From: Toensbergia leucococca
Taxonomy: Eukaryota
Reading direction: 5' to 3'
Length of the DNA stretch: 64,000 nucleotides
Assembly (NCBI GenBank): GCA_022813965.1
Contig: JALDZS010000081.1
Coordinates: 1-64,000 of the forward strand
Below the pieces are notes generated by a model. That model saw nothing but the letters and a program-made list of their open reading frames with translations, had not been told where the DNA came from and did not search any database. Position numbers and translations under genes: made by a program. Position 1 is the stretch's first letter. Each line of letters begins with the position of its first letter. Shown here piece after piece: positions 14,115-26,326 of this stretch.

Positions 14115-14390
14115 TGATGGGAGGATTCCTGGGGGCAGATTTGTTACATCTAGATACTCGATTCGTGACTCAGAAGCGAGACTTTCATCAGTACGGAGTA
14201 CAAAATTAGAATACAGAGTAATGAACCGAGAGCCAGGGGTAAAATTACGGTACGAGACCGAGCGACGTAATCTAACACATCACAGTCATAAATACGGATA
14301 AGTCCACTCCTGATCATTGATACCCTTTTTAAGGGTTGTACCATTATCTTCTCGGTAGAACTTACTTGATACCTCCTGGACTGAGTGTTT

Positions 14391-17300
14391 ATGATGGCGC
14401 CGAACAAAAAGAAGAAGAAACCTATGAGTAATCCAGCTCGTGGCTTTTCTACAACGTCAATGGCCTCAAAACCAAAAAGCTCTGATGCTGTGACACCAAC
14501 ACCAGAGGCTGAAGAGTCTAGTTCGGAATCTCCTATCAAAAGTGCGTGTTCTAATAATGAGACCTCAGCGAGTACGAGACTAGTTGAATTGGAACTTCAC
14601 GAGCTCAGTCCTGAGGAATTAGAGATACAACTGGAAGAGTCTGATCTGCAACTCTTGCTTGAGAAGTACGGCGAGAAGTCCAAGAAGACTTCATCCCGCC
14701 AAGTCTCCCGACTGCAAACCGAACGCCGCATGCTACGTCTGCAGGCAGAACGCCTCAGTACTCACCTTTGGCTGCCTGTGGAGCTCATGCAATTGATTAC
14801 TGACAATATAGAAGCCCAGATGAATGATGACATTCTCAATCCGGATTCCGAGGCTAAGCAGAATGCCTCAAGGATTTCCGAGGAGGATATGACCATAAAG
14901 CTCTGGACGCTGAAGCAAGTGCTCGTACAATTGGGATTTTGTAAAGACAAGGTACTCCAGGCAGTAGATCATTTGCTGAAGAATAGGCGATTCGAGAAAC
15001 AAGACAACCTTGTCATTGGAACGGAATCTATCTGGGGGCTCGACGAATGCTTGGACTGGCTAGCTTTAACCTGTGAGCCTCAAGAGTTGCCTGACTATGA
15101 CTCCTACAACAATGAAGCTCAAACGAAGCAAGCTCTGGATCGTCAAAGACCAGAAAATTCAAACGAAGCAGGCAAGCGTCCTTTACTTGCATGAGGCGTC
15201 ATTGTATGATGAGCTGTATTGTAAGGCGTGTGATGATTCTCAGGCTCATTGGATACAGGTACTGTTTCTGATGACACGCCGCTCACTTCAAGGCCCACGA
15301 CGCCATCTGTAGCTGACGATGTTGCGACAAATGAAATGAATGTCCATGCAAAGGAGCTCATTTGCCATGATAGCGACAGCGAATCTGAAAGTGATATGGA
15401 TCCACTTCAACTTACTGATGAATACCTATCTCTGCAGACACGCCTATACGCAATCCGCCCTGACCTCACTCTGAGGTCTAGGGAAACTAAACTCGGGCCC
15501 GCAACTAATTCCCAGTCCACTCAGAAAATAGATCTACAAGTTACTCGACTTCTTAGAAAATTAAGTAAAATTAAATCAGACATTCTGTTTGATCAGGGCA
15601 GCGCTGATGAACAATGGATTGAGACCCGGAACAGACTAGTTCGAGAGGCCGCTGAACGCAGAAAGCTCCAATTAGATGTTGATGTTGGAATCAAAAGAAC
15701 ATCGAATAGCATTTCTCCAATAGGTACTCCAAGTGACCATTGTACTACTGATAGTGAAGATACCGCAGAGATGCTTGGCGACTTATTTTCTAGTCTCCCA
15801 GATACAATCACTAATGCAGCTACCGGAACTAGCAGCATGATAGCCAATTCACTTAATGGGGACCCTATCACTGTCAGGCTTTTTGAGAAATGGAATGGCA
15901 TCAATCCGCGCCGGATTCTCGAAGAAGCTTGCAGAGCAAGGTAAAGCTTTCCGTCTCAATGATTGCTGTGTTCCATTGTTGATGTATCGTTCAGGGACTC
16001 CGCTTCCAAAATCAGCTATAAGCTCGTCTCCGCGTCATCTTTCTCGAATCGACATTCGCTCTTAGTCCAATGGTCACGCAACCAAGATCTGCCGTCTCCT
16101 CCGCCAATAGACTCCGTTTCATGCAAAGCAGACCATCGTTCGGTACGAATCGAAATGGTCACGATATCGACTCCTGATGCTATTCAATCCGAAGCGTATG
16201 TGTCAACAGTTGCGCTGTTTCTTATTTTTGCTGCCGTTCCAAAAGAGGAGAAAGCTTATCTCCGACTTCCGCCAACTTGGAGAGATCTATGGGCAGAGTT
16301 GCTACATCTCAAGAAAGATCAAGTTGATAGAGCTGATAGAGAATCTTTGCGAGAGCTTCGTGGACTTGTAACTGAGCGAGAGAGCTCAAATGATGACAGG
16401 AATAATCCCTTGCGTTATGAGATTAGCAAACCGAATGGCTCGAAAACAGAACGTGAGGCTACGAATGGACCGAGCAGCACGTTGCAGTCATCTACGGTAA
16501 ATCCTGAGGATCTGAAGATGATCTGGTCAGCGAAAGTCTCTAGGCTATCTTATCAAGACATGCTGGCCTCGCGCATGACACTACCAATATGGAGCTTCAA
16601 GGATGAGCTTCTGAGTGCCGTCGAAGAACATCAGGTTGTCATTGTCTGCGGTGAGACAGGTTGTGGTAAGAGTACGCAAGTTCCTGCCTTCATACTCGAA
16701 CATGAGCTGTCCAACGGCCGGCCCTGTAAGATTTACTGTACCGAGCCTCGCCGAATCTCCGCAATATCTTTGGCTCGTCGTGTGAATGAGGAACTTGGCG
16801 AACGGAAAAGCGATGTTGGGACTTCGAGATCGCTCGTGGGCTTCGCGATCCGACTGGAAAGCCAGCTCACTACTCAGACTAGACTTGTTTACGCAACTAC
16901 TGGGATCGTGATGCGCATGTTGGAACGATCGGAAGATCTTGGGGACATCACACATCTGGTCCTGGATGAGGTGCACGAGAGGTCTATTGACAGCGACTTT
17001 CTCTTAATTGTTCTGCGGAACCTCATGAAAAGACGGCCTGGACTGAAGGTCCTTCTCATGTCAGCTACAGTAAATGCCCAGAGATTTTCGAAATACTTGT
17101 CTGATGCGCCTATCCTCGACGTTCCAGGCCGGACATTTCCCGTGGAAACCAAGTTTTTGGAAGATGCCATAGAATTGACAAACTACACTGACCAAGGAAT
17201 TGCAACTAGTGCGCATGAAGATGAAGAGTCCGAGGGCCACGGTGAAAGCTTACTTGAGAGAGCTAAAGCCCCTGCTGTTGCGGACTACCTCAAGGAGTAC

Positions 17301-19271
17301 AGCGCGAAGACACGCAATACTCTAGCTAGCTTTGACGAATATCACATTAATTATCATCTCATCGTCAAACTACTTGAGACTGTGGCTGTCAGCGAGACCT
17401 ACGCTAGCTATAGTAAAGCAATCTTAGTGTTCCTCCCGGGCATTGCAGAAATACGTCGGCTCAACGATACGCTCCTTAGCCATCGTTTGTTCTCCCACGG
17501 GTGGGATGTTTTCCCATTGCATTCGACAATCGCAAGCGACGAACAGGAGCGAGCCTTCCTAATTCCTTCCCCAGGAATGAGAAAGATTGTTTTAGCTACC
17601 AATATCGCCGAAACTGGCATCACCATTCCAGATGTGACATGCGTTATCGATACGGGAAAGCATAAAGAGATGAGGTAGGTTGTCATAGTCTCAATGGAAT
17701 GCCGCATCTGCTAATGGGATGCCAGGTTCGACGAGAGACGGCAACTTTCGAGGCTACTTGAATCATTCATATCGCGTGCAAATGCCAAGCAACGCCGTGG
17801 TCGTGCCGGCCGTGTCCAAAACGGACTTTGCTTTCACTTGTTCACGAGAGCCCGCCATGACTCGATTGTGAGTAGGAACCATATAAGCGCCTTGCATTAC
17901 TAACGGACTGTCCAGATGGCTGAGCAACAGACACCTGAAATCCTTCGACTCTCGCTGCAGGACTTGGTCCTCCGAGTCAAGATTTGTAGGCTTGGCAACA
18001 TTGAGCAAACACTCTCCGAAGCCCTTGATCCCCCATCTTCGAAAAACATTCGTCGTGCGATCGATTCGCTCGTAGACGTCAAAGCATTGACCGCTGCAGA
18101 AGCCCTGACGCCCCTAGGAAGACAGCTCGCCAGACTACCGTTAGACGTATTTTTAGGGAAGTTGGTCTTGCTTGGAAGTATTTTCCATTGCCTTGACGGG
18201 GCTTTGACTATTGCTGCCATTCTGTCGTCGAAGTCTCCTTTCTTGACGCCCATAGGCGCCCGATCGCAAGCTGATCTAGCCCGACTCGGCTACAAGAGAG
18301 GCAAGAAAGTGACATCCAACCTGACTTTGATGCTCTCTAACACAGGTGTCTAGGCGACTCTGATTTGCTAACAGTATACAGTGCGTACTGTGCATGGCGG
18401 CGAGTAAGCTCTAATAACAAGGCTATGGAGCATCAATTTTGCCGCAAAAACTTCTTGAGCCAGGTCTCGTTGTCTAATATTGAAGATCTTAAGGCTCAAC
18501 TCACGACGTTCTTGGTGGATTCTGGTTTTCTCGTGCTAAACGATTTAGAAAAAAAAGCTCTAAACAGGTACATTCATAATTACTTGATTGACTTTACTGG
18601 TACTGAACTGTCTTGTAGAGTCCGCGTCCCCTCAAGGCAAAGGCAATTTGTCGAAATACCAGATAAATACAATTTCAACAACGACAATGATCTGATCCTT
18701 AACTCAGTCATCGCTTGGAGCTTTTACCCTAAACTCCTGAGACGTGATGGAAAAGGGTGGAGAAATGCTGCCAATAACCAGTCGGTCAGCCTACATCCAA
18801 CGTCGGTGAATAAAGGTAGCGGACAGCCTCCGAGGTGGTTGTCATTCTATCACATTATGCAGTCAAGTAACAAGTAAGTCTTCTTTGAAAAGTACGAGAC
18901 ATGGCTAAATTGAGCGAAAGATTCTATAATGCGCACGAGACCAGCCCAGTGGAAGACTTTGCTATAGCTTTGGCTTGCGGCGACGCTGAATTCAAGGTAA
19001 TCATATGAAGCGTGTTTGGTCTTCGGCTCTCACTTGCTGACAGAGCATGGCATAGATGTATTCTGGAATCATCATCATAGATGGAAATCGAGCTCGTTTC
19101 TCGGTAGAAAATTGGAAGATCATGTTAGCTCTCAAATATCTGCGTATGCGGCTCAGAGAAATCATGTCTCAATCGTTTCGTAGTCCTGGGCGCCACCCAT
19201 CGCCGCAACAGCAGGTTTGGCTAGATATCTGGGAGAAGATATTTTTCATGGAATCAAGGGATAAGCATTAG
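14391..19271 (+). CDS. ATP-dependent DEAH/RHA RNA helicase, DHX29/DHX57 (YLR419W/Ucp12)-like, multi-exon
   Basis: Motifs [38 protein letters not shown] and QRRGRAGRV, followed by HA2 ([14 protein letters not shown]) and an OB-fold region. N-terminus [16 protein letters not shown]. Stop TAG 19269-19271. Confidence 0.9.
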
Positions 19272-19509
19272 ATCTTCAGGGGTTGCTCTAAAATAGATCA
19301 GCGCACCTCTTCAGAATAATCTGACAACACAGAGTATTCTGATGATATCCTCCGTTGCGTAAACGCACATCCTTTCACTGCGTCTTCATTCACTTACTAC
19401 TGCAGAGACGATGTTGTCTCTCCCGAGCCCTGGGTACTTGGAAACATTGCATCAATAGACACACAGACAAAGTTGTACTCTGAGAAGATCGTCCGTAGCG
19501 CTCAACGAA

Positions 19510-20739
19510 ATGCCTTCATATCCCAAAGCATCGGCCTCGCGCCTCGAGGCCCTCATCTCAAACATCACAAACACGATACCAATATCACTCCGACTATATC
19601 ACCCAAGCTTTTCGCCCATGGTCCCGGCCAACACACTGCTTGATATCCTTCCTAATTCATCATTGCTAGCACTACGACGCGTCTCTCAGAAGACAAAAAC
19701 TTGGGTCGATATCCTCGCCCCCACTATCTTCTCCTCACTACGCCTCTCCTTTCCCCTCCACTCACTTTCTGATCCCTCGACCTCTGCCCTCCATCGGATT
19801 TCTCCATACTGTCGTTACCTCACTATATCCGTCCTTTCTTCCTCCTTTTCCGCTCCCGCGCCTCTACCACCACTTCCATTGGTTGCCTACCTCCACTTGC
19901 TTCCAACCATTTCGGCCTCATTTCATCCAGTTTTTGCCCTCCGTCTTCTTCTGCAGTCATCGACTCTGCCCATGCTCACTCATATCACTCTGGACCCTAT
20001 AACCCTTGACGACATACTCGCCCTAAGATGGGGCCCTTTCTCCTCATTTGGAGATGCCAATTGGATGGACGCGAAGATCTGGCGTGGAATCAAGAGCCTG
20101 GGCATTGGGCTGGTACCTTGGTGGGGTGATATAGCGGGATACAAGAAAACAGAGGACACTGCGCAAAGACAGCAACAGAAAGAGAGGTGGAGAGTTGGGG
20201 TGAAGGTGTTGCATGATTGGATTGGTAGTTTTGGGGTAGGACTGGAGAGAATCATATTTGAATGGAAGGGAGCAGAGGGGCCAAATCCGTTGCTGTTGGA
20301 CATTGTGGCTGCGAGAAGGGGTATCGGGAGATGGTTCAGTGCGCCAGAAGTGAAATGGAAGGGGCTAAGGGAAGTGTGGTTGGGGGCATGTTGGATTGGG
20401 AGAGAAGAGATTTTCGAGCTGATGGAACGAATGGGACAATTGGAGATTCTGATGGTATGGAAGGGTTGGGTTGGAGCAGGGATCAATGGGACAGTCAAGA
20501 TGGTGGATGGGAGAGAGTGGGTAGAAGTCAGCTGGGGCGACGACGAGGTGAGTAGATTGAATGAGATGACAATGGTGGAGATTGGGAAGGCGGCGATGGG
20601 GGATTTGCAGATGCCGGGAAATGTTGGGCTGCGAGAAGTGGTGGGCAAGGTAGCTGGGGCCTCGGAAAACATGGAGGACGATGATAGTTTTGCGTGGTCA
20701 GACGACTCAATGGTGGTACCTTTCGTGCTTCACACGTAA
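19510..20739 (+). CDS. Hypothetical protein (409 aa), possible degenerate N-terminal F-box-like motif
   Basis: Intronless 409-aa ORF. LLDILPNSSLLALRRVSQKTKTWV resembles the F-box 'L..L..VS+.W' pattern; the Trp-rich, LRR-like remainder was not recognised. Confidence 0.6.
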   Translation: MPSYPKASASRLEALISNITNTIPISLRLYHPSFSPMVPANTLLDILPNSSLLALRRVSQKTKTWVDILAPTIFSSLRLSFPLHSLSDPSTSALHRISPYCRYLTISVLSSSFSAPAPLPPLPLVAYLHLLPTISASFHPVFALRLLLQSSTLPMLTHITLDPITLDDILALRWGPFSSFGDANWMDAKIWRGIKSLGIGLVPWWGDIAGYKKTEDTAQRQQQKERWRVGVKVLHDWIGSFGVGLERIIFEWKGAEGPNPLLLDIVAARRGIGRWFSAPEVKWKGLREVWLGACWIGREEIFELMERMGQLEILMVWKGWVGAGINGTVKMVDGREWVEVSWGDDEVSRLNEMTMVEIGKAAMGDLQMPGNVGLREVVGKVAGASENMEDDDSFAWSDDSMVVPFVLHT

Positions 20740-20859
20740 ATTGAGTAGGAGAACGGATCTTATTTGTGTCCCTCGTGGTGTTTCAGTCAAGAGGTTCGAA
20801 GATGGATTCTTCGATTCGAGGATTGTTAGATGATAATGTGCTTAGTCCCCCTCAAATTA

Positions 20860-21276
20860 GCGCGTGCAATTCATCTGCGAAATCTTGGCATCACGCATTC
20901 TCCTTCCACCTCCACCCAAATTCCTAAGCCTACACTACATCTACATCAAATTTAATACTGTAAGCTTGATAGCCACCAAGGAATCACTTGGGAGCATCTG
21001 ATGACATCATTCAGTAGGTGAGTAACGCTTATAAATGCTTCAGAGATTTGAACAGTAATGGTAGTTCACCCCCCTCAAAATTGACATACTACGGCCATGA
21101 CCCCCAACACTGCTAGAATCCTTAGATGAGCGACACATTTCTATTGAATGATCTTCTCAGATGATTCCCTAGGGCTGTTGAGTTTACAGTGCTAATTTTG
21201 GTGTAGGCTTCGGAATTGAGGTGAAGGTGAAAGGAGAACGTGCGGTGCCAAGATTTCGCAGATGAGTTGCACGCGC
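20860..21276. mobile_element. Non-autonomous fold-back element / MITE-like, ~417 bp, long imperfect terminal inverted repeats, TA flanks
   Basis: Left end GCGCGTGCAATTCATCTGCGAAATCTTGGCA... matches the reverse complement of the right end ...TGCCAAGATTTCGCAGATGAGTTGCACGCGC. Similarity continues for ~140-160 bp. TA lies at 20858-20859 and 21277-21278. No coding capacity. Confidence 0.7.
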
Positions 21277-21776
21277 TAAAAAGTCAACCTTTCAATACTG
21301 AAGCTCTAGAATACTCTAGAATAGAATACAATTAAACGGTACGGTAGACTAATCCCCAGCCACAGACGAGTTAAGGTCGTTTAACGACATGGCAATGTCG
21401 CCCATTTCTCTCCTTACATCTGCTCTTCCATAATAGAATTTGAGCATATTCAATCTATCCTTCATCCGATCATCTTCCTTCGCGCATCCGCTCTTATTGG
21501 GCCGTAGAAGCTACAGCAAGATTCTATTCTATACGAAAGCTTTTAGTCTCCCAAGTACTTTGTAATTTGAATTTTCATGTCATTTCTGCTTTCCAGAGTA
21601 CACAGCTTCTGATCAAAAACAAGCTCGTCGTAATAGTCGCTACATGCCAGCGACAATGGCCTTTTAGAGGACGCCAATGAGTAACTCTCCTTCTGCTCAT
21701 CACACTTTGAAGATTGCCTCCCTTGCAGATTCATGTCCCAATTGTTTCGACTACATCGAACCAATGCTATACTGTC

Positions 21777-24306
21777 TTAGAGCCCATCCCGACGTCCAAG
21801 CTTAGGAGCTGTCCCAGAGATTTTCCTATGCTTAGTAGCCCGAGTATTGTCGACAGTATCCTTGCCAATGTCGTCAACGTCACTTTCCCACTCGCCATCA
21901 TCGCCCTCCCAACTGGACTTCCGGGCGCTAGACCTAAGAGTCCTACTGCCAGAAAAGTCATGTCCTCTCTTTCGGGGAGGTGTCGAGGGATTCTTGGTGT
22001 TGTCCGTGGATAGAGGGGTTGATCCGCTAGCCCTTCCACTACGAAGTCTTCGTCCCAGGCTCATGCCAGGAGATGGCCCAACTTCAACATTACGGTTACA
22101 CGTACGCGTCGAGGTCCGCAAAGCACTTCTGGAAAAACTTGCAAATCGAACGTCCATTTCCGTTGTCTCGCCTGGGCAATCCTGATGACAAGGACGACAT
22201 AGATCTTCTTTGATGAATATTTCCCATCGGTCACTTGCATATGCCATTGACTCGGATATGTTCGGGCCAGTACTATAGCTCTGATGGTATGCGAACGGGA
22301 AGAAGATCAACAGCTCGTTCTGATGCTGAACCACGTGCGTGAAATCCACCCCTAGCATCTCGAGAGTTTCTTGTGGCAAGTACAAAGACTTATGTCGGAG
22401 AGAGTGGTCGCATTGCGGTGGATGCCTCGGCCTGTCTTCATTGCTGATATTGACGAACCCATCTTGAGCATACAATACACGGTGCATGCACTCCTCAAGT
22501 CTCCCACGTTGCTTGGGCTTTACAACTGTGAAACGCTTTGCTGCACCGACGTGCAAATAATTCAACGAATATGCCGCAAAATCAATCATACCCATTCCAG
22601 TTGGGACACCGGCGCTGCCAGATGCGTGGAATATTGGCGAATGTACACCATTTATTCTGGATCGGGATTTAAATAGAACGTTTCCAGGGTAATCCATCAG
22701 CTTGGGATCGTCGCAGCGAAAGGCATTTCTGAGCTCATTCACAGCTACCCCAACGATACGATTAGTCACCTATTGCAGCACTGATAGAAGAAACACTTGC
22801 TCACCCTCAAAACTCACGGCTTGGAAGTTGCGCTTTTCGGGATCTGTGCAATCTTCGATCATTGTCTCCTCGCTATACGTATTCTCGAAAGAGGCCTCCT
22901 TCCAGGCGTTGTCGGCTTCATCTACACCTAGGTTCCAACCTGACACCACATTGATACGATGATGTTCAACGACGTCTCGGCAGACTGAAGCAGGTGTTTC
23001 ATCTAGTCCATCTAGTATCGACATCTGAATATTGTAGGCAACGTATGCATGACTATGTGGATCCTCACGGATCCTCAATCTGATCTTGCATGTCTCCAGA
23101 CTCGTGGATAGAGGAAGTCCACCACGCAAGTTATTATCTGTGTCTAATGGCACATGAAATGCATGACCGAGTTCTTGGTTTGATGTGTTCAACGAGTCCT
23201 GCGGTGATTGCAAGCTAGAAGAGAGATACACCGATTAGCCATGGCTTGACGAGCACTCGGTCTCTCCACACGTACCATTGAAATGGTATGACCACCTTGA
23301 CGACGCCCTGCTCGCGACCAGCAACATTCTCCACCACTTCTAGAAATCTAGGGAAGTCCTCGAGAACGCTCTTTGTTGGCGAGAATACGAACGTCCCGTT
23401 CTCCATGCTTAGATTGAAGTCGTCTGGAATCTCGGCACTTGGATGATATGCAGAAGCTTTGATCTTTGAGGTCCCAGGGTTTAGCACATCTGGCAATGAT
23501 TGTCCAGACGCACCCAAGATGGTCGATATTCGCTCTACAAAGTCTAGCGTTAGTTTCCCACAATTCGTATACATGTTTCGAGCTTGAGAAATGAAGATCA
23601 AGGTGCATGTCTCACTGACTTTGTCGTTCAAACCACGCATCCCAATCTTTAGTAGGTCCTTCTTCTCGTGTACTCATTATTTTTCCATTCCCGCGAGGAA
23701 CGCTAACCTTGCTCAAAATTGGGCTTCGTCCCTGGCGCTTATGAGTATCGTAAGACCTATCTCCATGAGCTTCGTCGCTTGATGTCTGTTCGCTCGACTC
23801 CAGCTCGCTTTCTTCGCTCTCCTCATCATCCACGTCATCTTCCGTCGGAATTCTGCCGCTCTGGCTCTGCGCTACTTTACTCTTACCCTTGCCTTTCGTC
23901 TCGACCTTCTGCTGCACCTTGTTCTGCAGTTTTATCACGTTCAGACTCTTCCGCGGCGAGAGCCTCCTATTCCTCGCCAGCTTAGATATGATTCTTGTGG
24001 TGCGGCGTGTTTGCCATATGCCATCCATATCAATACTAGCTTGTAGGCCGGATTCTTTCTCAGGCGTTGGAGACGAATTATAATCTATGAGCTCCTTTTC
24101 CAGTCGGCTGAGTGGCTTTGCTTTCGCTAGAATGACTGGTTCAACGACTGGTTCTGCAAGTGGTGCAGCTTGTCGACGAACTCTTGCGGACCTATGGTTC
24201 TCTTCAGTGATAATATTCTCTCCAAATGAGTCTTCCTGTGAGATGGAAGATAGTTGTCTGGGCTGTAGAGTACCCACCGTGGTTCTTCATCACTTGAGGA
24301 CGACAT
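21777..24306 (-). CDS. JmjN/JmjC-domain protein of the KDM4/Rph1 type, predicted catalytically inactive
   Basis: Model: ATG 24306 (MSSSSDEEPR), intron 24277-24192, then three more introns joining ORFs 23612-24277, 23215-23640, 22770-23231 and 21777-22769. JmjN: FVFSPTKSVLEDFPRFL...GVVKVVIP. JmjC: GVHSP...YSLNYLHVGAAKRF...CDHSLRHK...VVQHQNELLIFFPFAYHQSYSTGPNISESMAYASDRW. The HxE Fe-binding motif reads GMI. Confidence 0.8.
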
Positions 24307-26326
24307 CTCGGATGCGAGCTTCCAACTATTCCAAAGGCGTCTTGAGTCTATCTTTGCAAGATCGACTGCGTCTCTGATCCAGAGATATATGTAGGTACAG
24401 CGAGATGTGGTGTGTTGAGAAAAAACTCGCTGTCAAAGCCAATGTTGATCTTGTCTTTGGCGATGTCAACACCCCCTTGAATGTTTTCCAACACAAGAAA
24501 GCTATACATACCTCTTGAGATACAAGGCCCATTAACACACTAACATCGGCCCCCTAATCCAAATGGCCATTTCAAAACCATGGCGTCTTGACGTTGTCAG
24601 TCCAAAAGTTGTTGATCTTATCGCGACTTGAAGTGAAGGTCAGAACAAATCCAAAGGTAAACAACCCCCTCACCCTTTTCCGTGACCGCCTATGGCAGAA
24701 TGCATTGTGTGCACTCGGGTACGAAAGCTGCTTCTCATTGCTATCGAAGGTATTCCTAGGTCTCGGGGAGCTTGGTGATGTGCAAAGCAGGATTGCATGC
24801 GAATCTGTATGACGCCGGCATCAAACTTGCAAGTCTCTTGCGAGCTGCACGAGGCAGATGTTATAGCAATTTTCTCTCGAGACTGGCCCTTTCAATTAGT
24901 AGAAGGAATACGACGATTCCTTTAGCTTCGTTGCCGCGTCTCAAGAAACACGAATACCTACTTTGAATTGCTACGGGTGCCGCCATCCCGATCAGGCAAC
25001 AACGAGGCCGTATCCTTGGTGCTCTTTCCACTTCACCTTTTGACGGTGGAGCGCATCCTGTCTCTCAACAACTTCCGAGGTGGAAAGGATCACGACTAAG
25101 CAATTTCCCATGTATCTATCTGGCTGCAACAATAAAAGCTACAGACCGCAATTTTTGCTCTTTACGAGGTCCAGAGATGGCATCGTGAGACACAAGGATG
25201 TTAGTCCATAGAATTCATTGATCTCCAAAATAAGTTTTTGATAACACTCACTTCGTGGTTCTCAAAACTTTGAAAACCAGGCACCTTCTGCATTCATCTT
25301 GGAATCTCATGATAATAATCATCATCTTCTAATCTTTTTCCCCAACACCACCACCACCCCCTCCTTTCACCCAACCCAACCCCAGCCCAAAGCCCTCACA
25401 CCTCTCAGCCGATAACCTCATTCTCAAACACCGTACGACACACAACCCCCTCATCCCCCCAGCTCTCTCCCCAAAGCCATACCTACAGATTCAACAATAA
25501 AGAGCTACTAAAATACCTTAAGCGGAGTAGGGACCTCCAATCAGGCATGCTATAACACGGAGAAAAAACAACGAAAGGGATCATCTAACATTTCTCTCAC
25601 TCCTAAGAGAAAGGATTCTCTGATAGAGAAGAGCAAGGCAGCAGGAAAACAATGTTGTATTTTGCTTAGTATTATCCATTGGCATTAGGAGGATCTAAGA
25701 GGACAAATCAAGGTTACCTCAAAGCTCAGTCGAACTAAATAAGCGTCACAATTTGAGCGAAGTACTGTCGTTGTACTCGACTACCCAGTCCTCAATGAAT
25801 TCTAATCCAAGGCCCAAACCTTTCTTGATCGAAAATAGAAAAAAAAAATTTCGAATTCGTAGCCGTCACCGTCGTCGTCGATAAGGATTATTCCAATAAA
25901 ACCTGGGGTAAGATTATTCTAAATAGCTAGATATGCCTCGACGTCAAACCATATGAGAGCAAGAAAGTCCTTGTCAGAATCAATAATTGTAGAGCTTGAG
26001 GGTACTTTGTCATTTTGTTTGATCTGCTGAGAAAGGCAGCAATGAGACCTGTAACGTTGAGATCTTACAAGGTGAGAAGAAGGGCCATCCATAAGAGCAG
26101 CGATACTTGAACCCACTCTTGTCAAAGTCCAAGACAATCTTCAGACGCATGTGAAATATACAATTCATATTATCACCTCAGATACACTTCTGAAATCCAT
26201 ATCGAATTACTAATCTACACAAAGTCATGCAAGCGACCTCTATCTATCATCCTTAACAACTATTCATTTCCTTGACAACTTGTCATCACCTTCCACCCTC
26301 TCCCCCATCAGCCACGAAAGGCTCCC

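Noticed and set aside
22770..22772. Apparent in-frame TAG inside the JmjC gene
   Set aside because: It lies within a plausible intron (GTGAGC...ACTAAT...TAG, ~22804-22746) whose removal keeps the frame.
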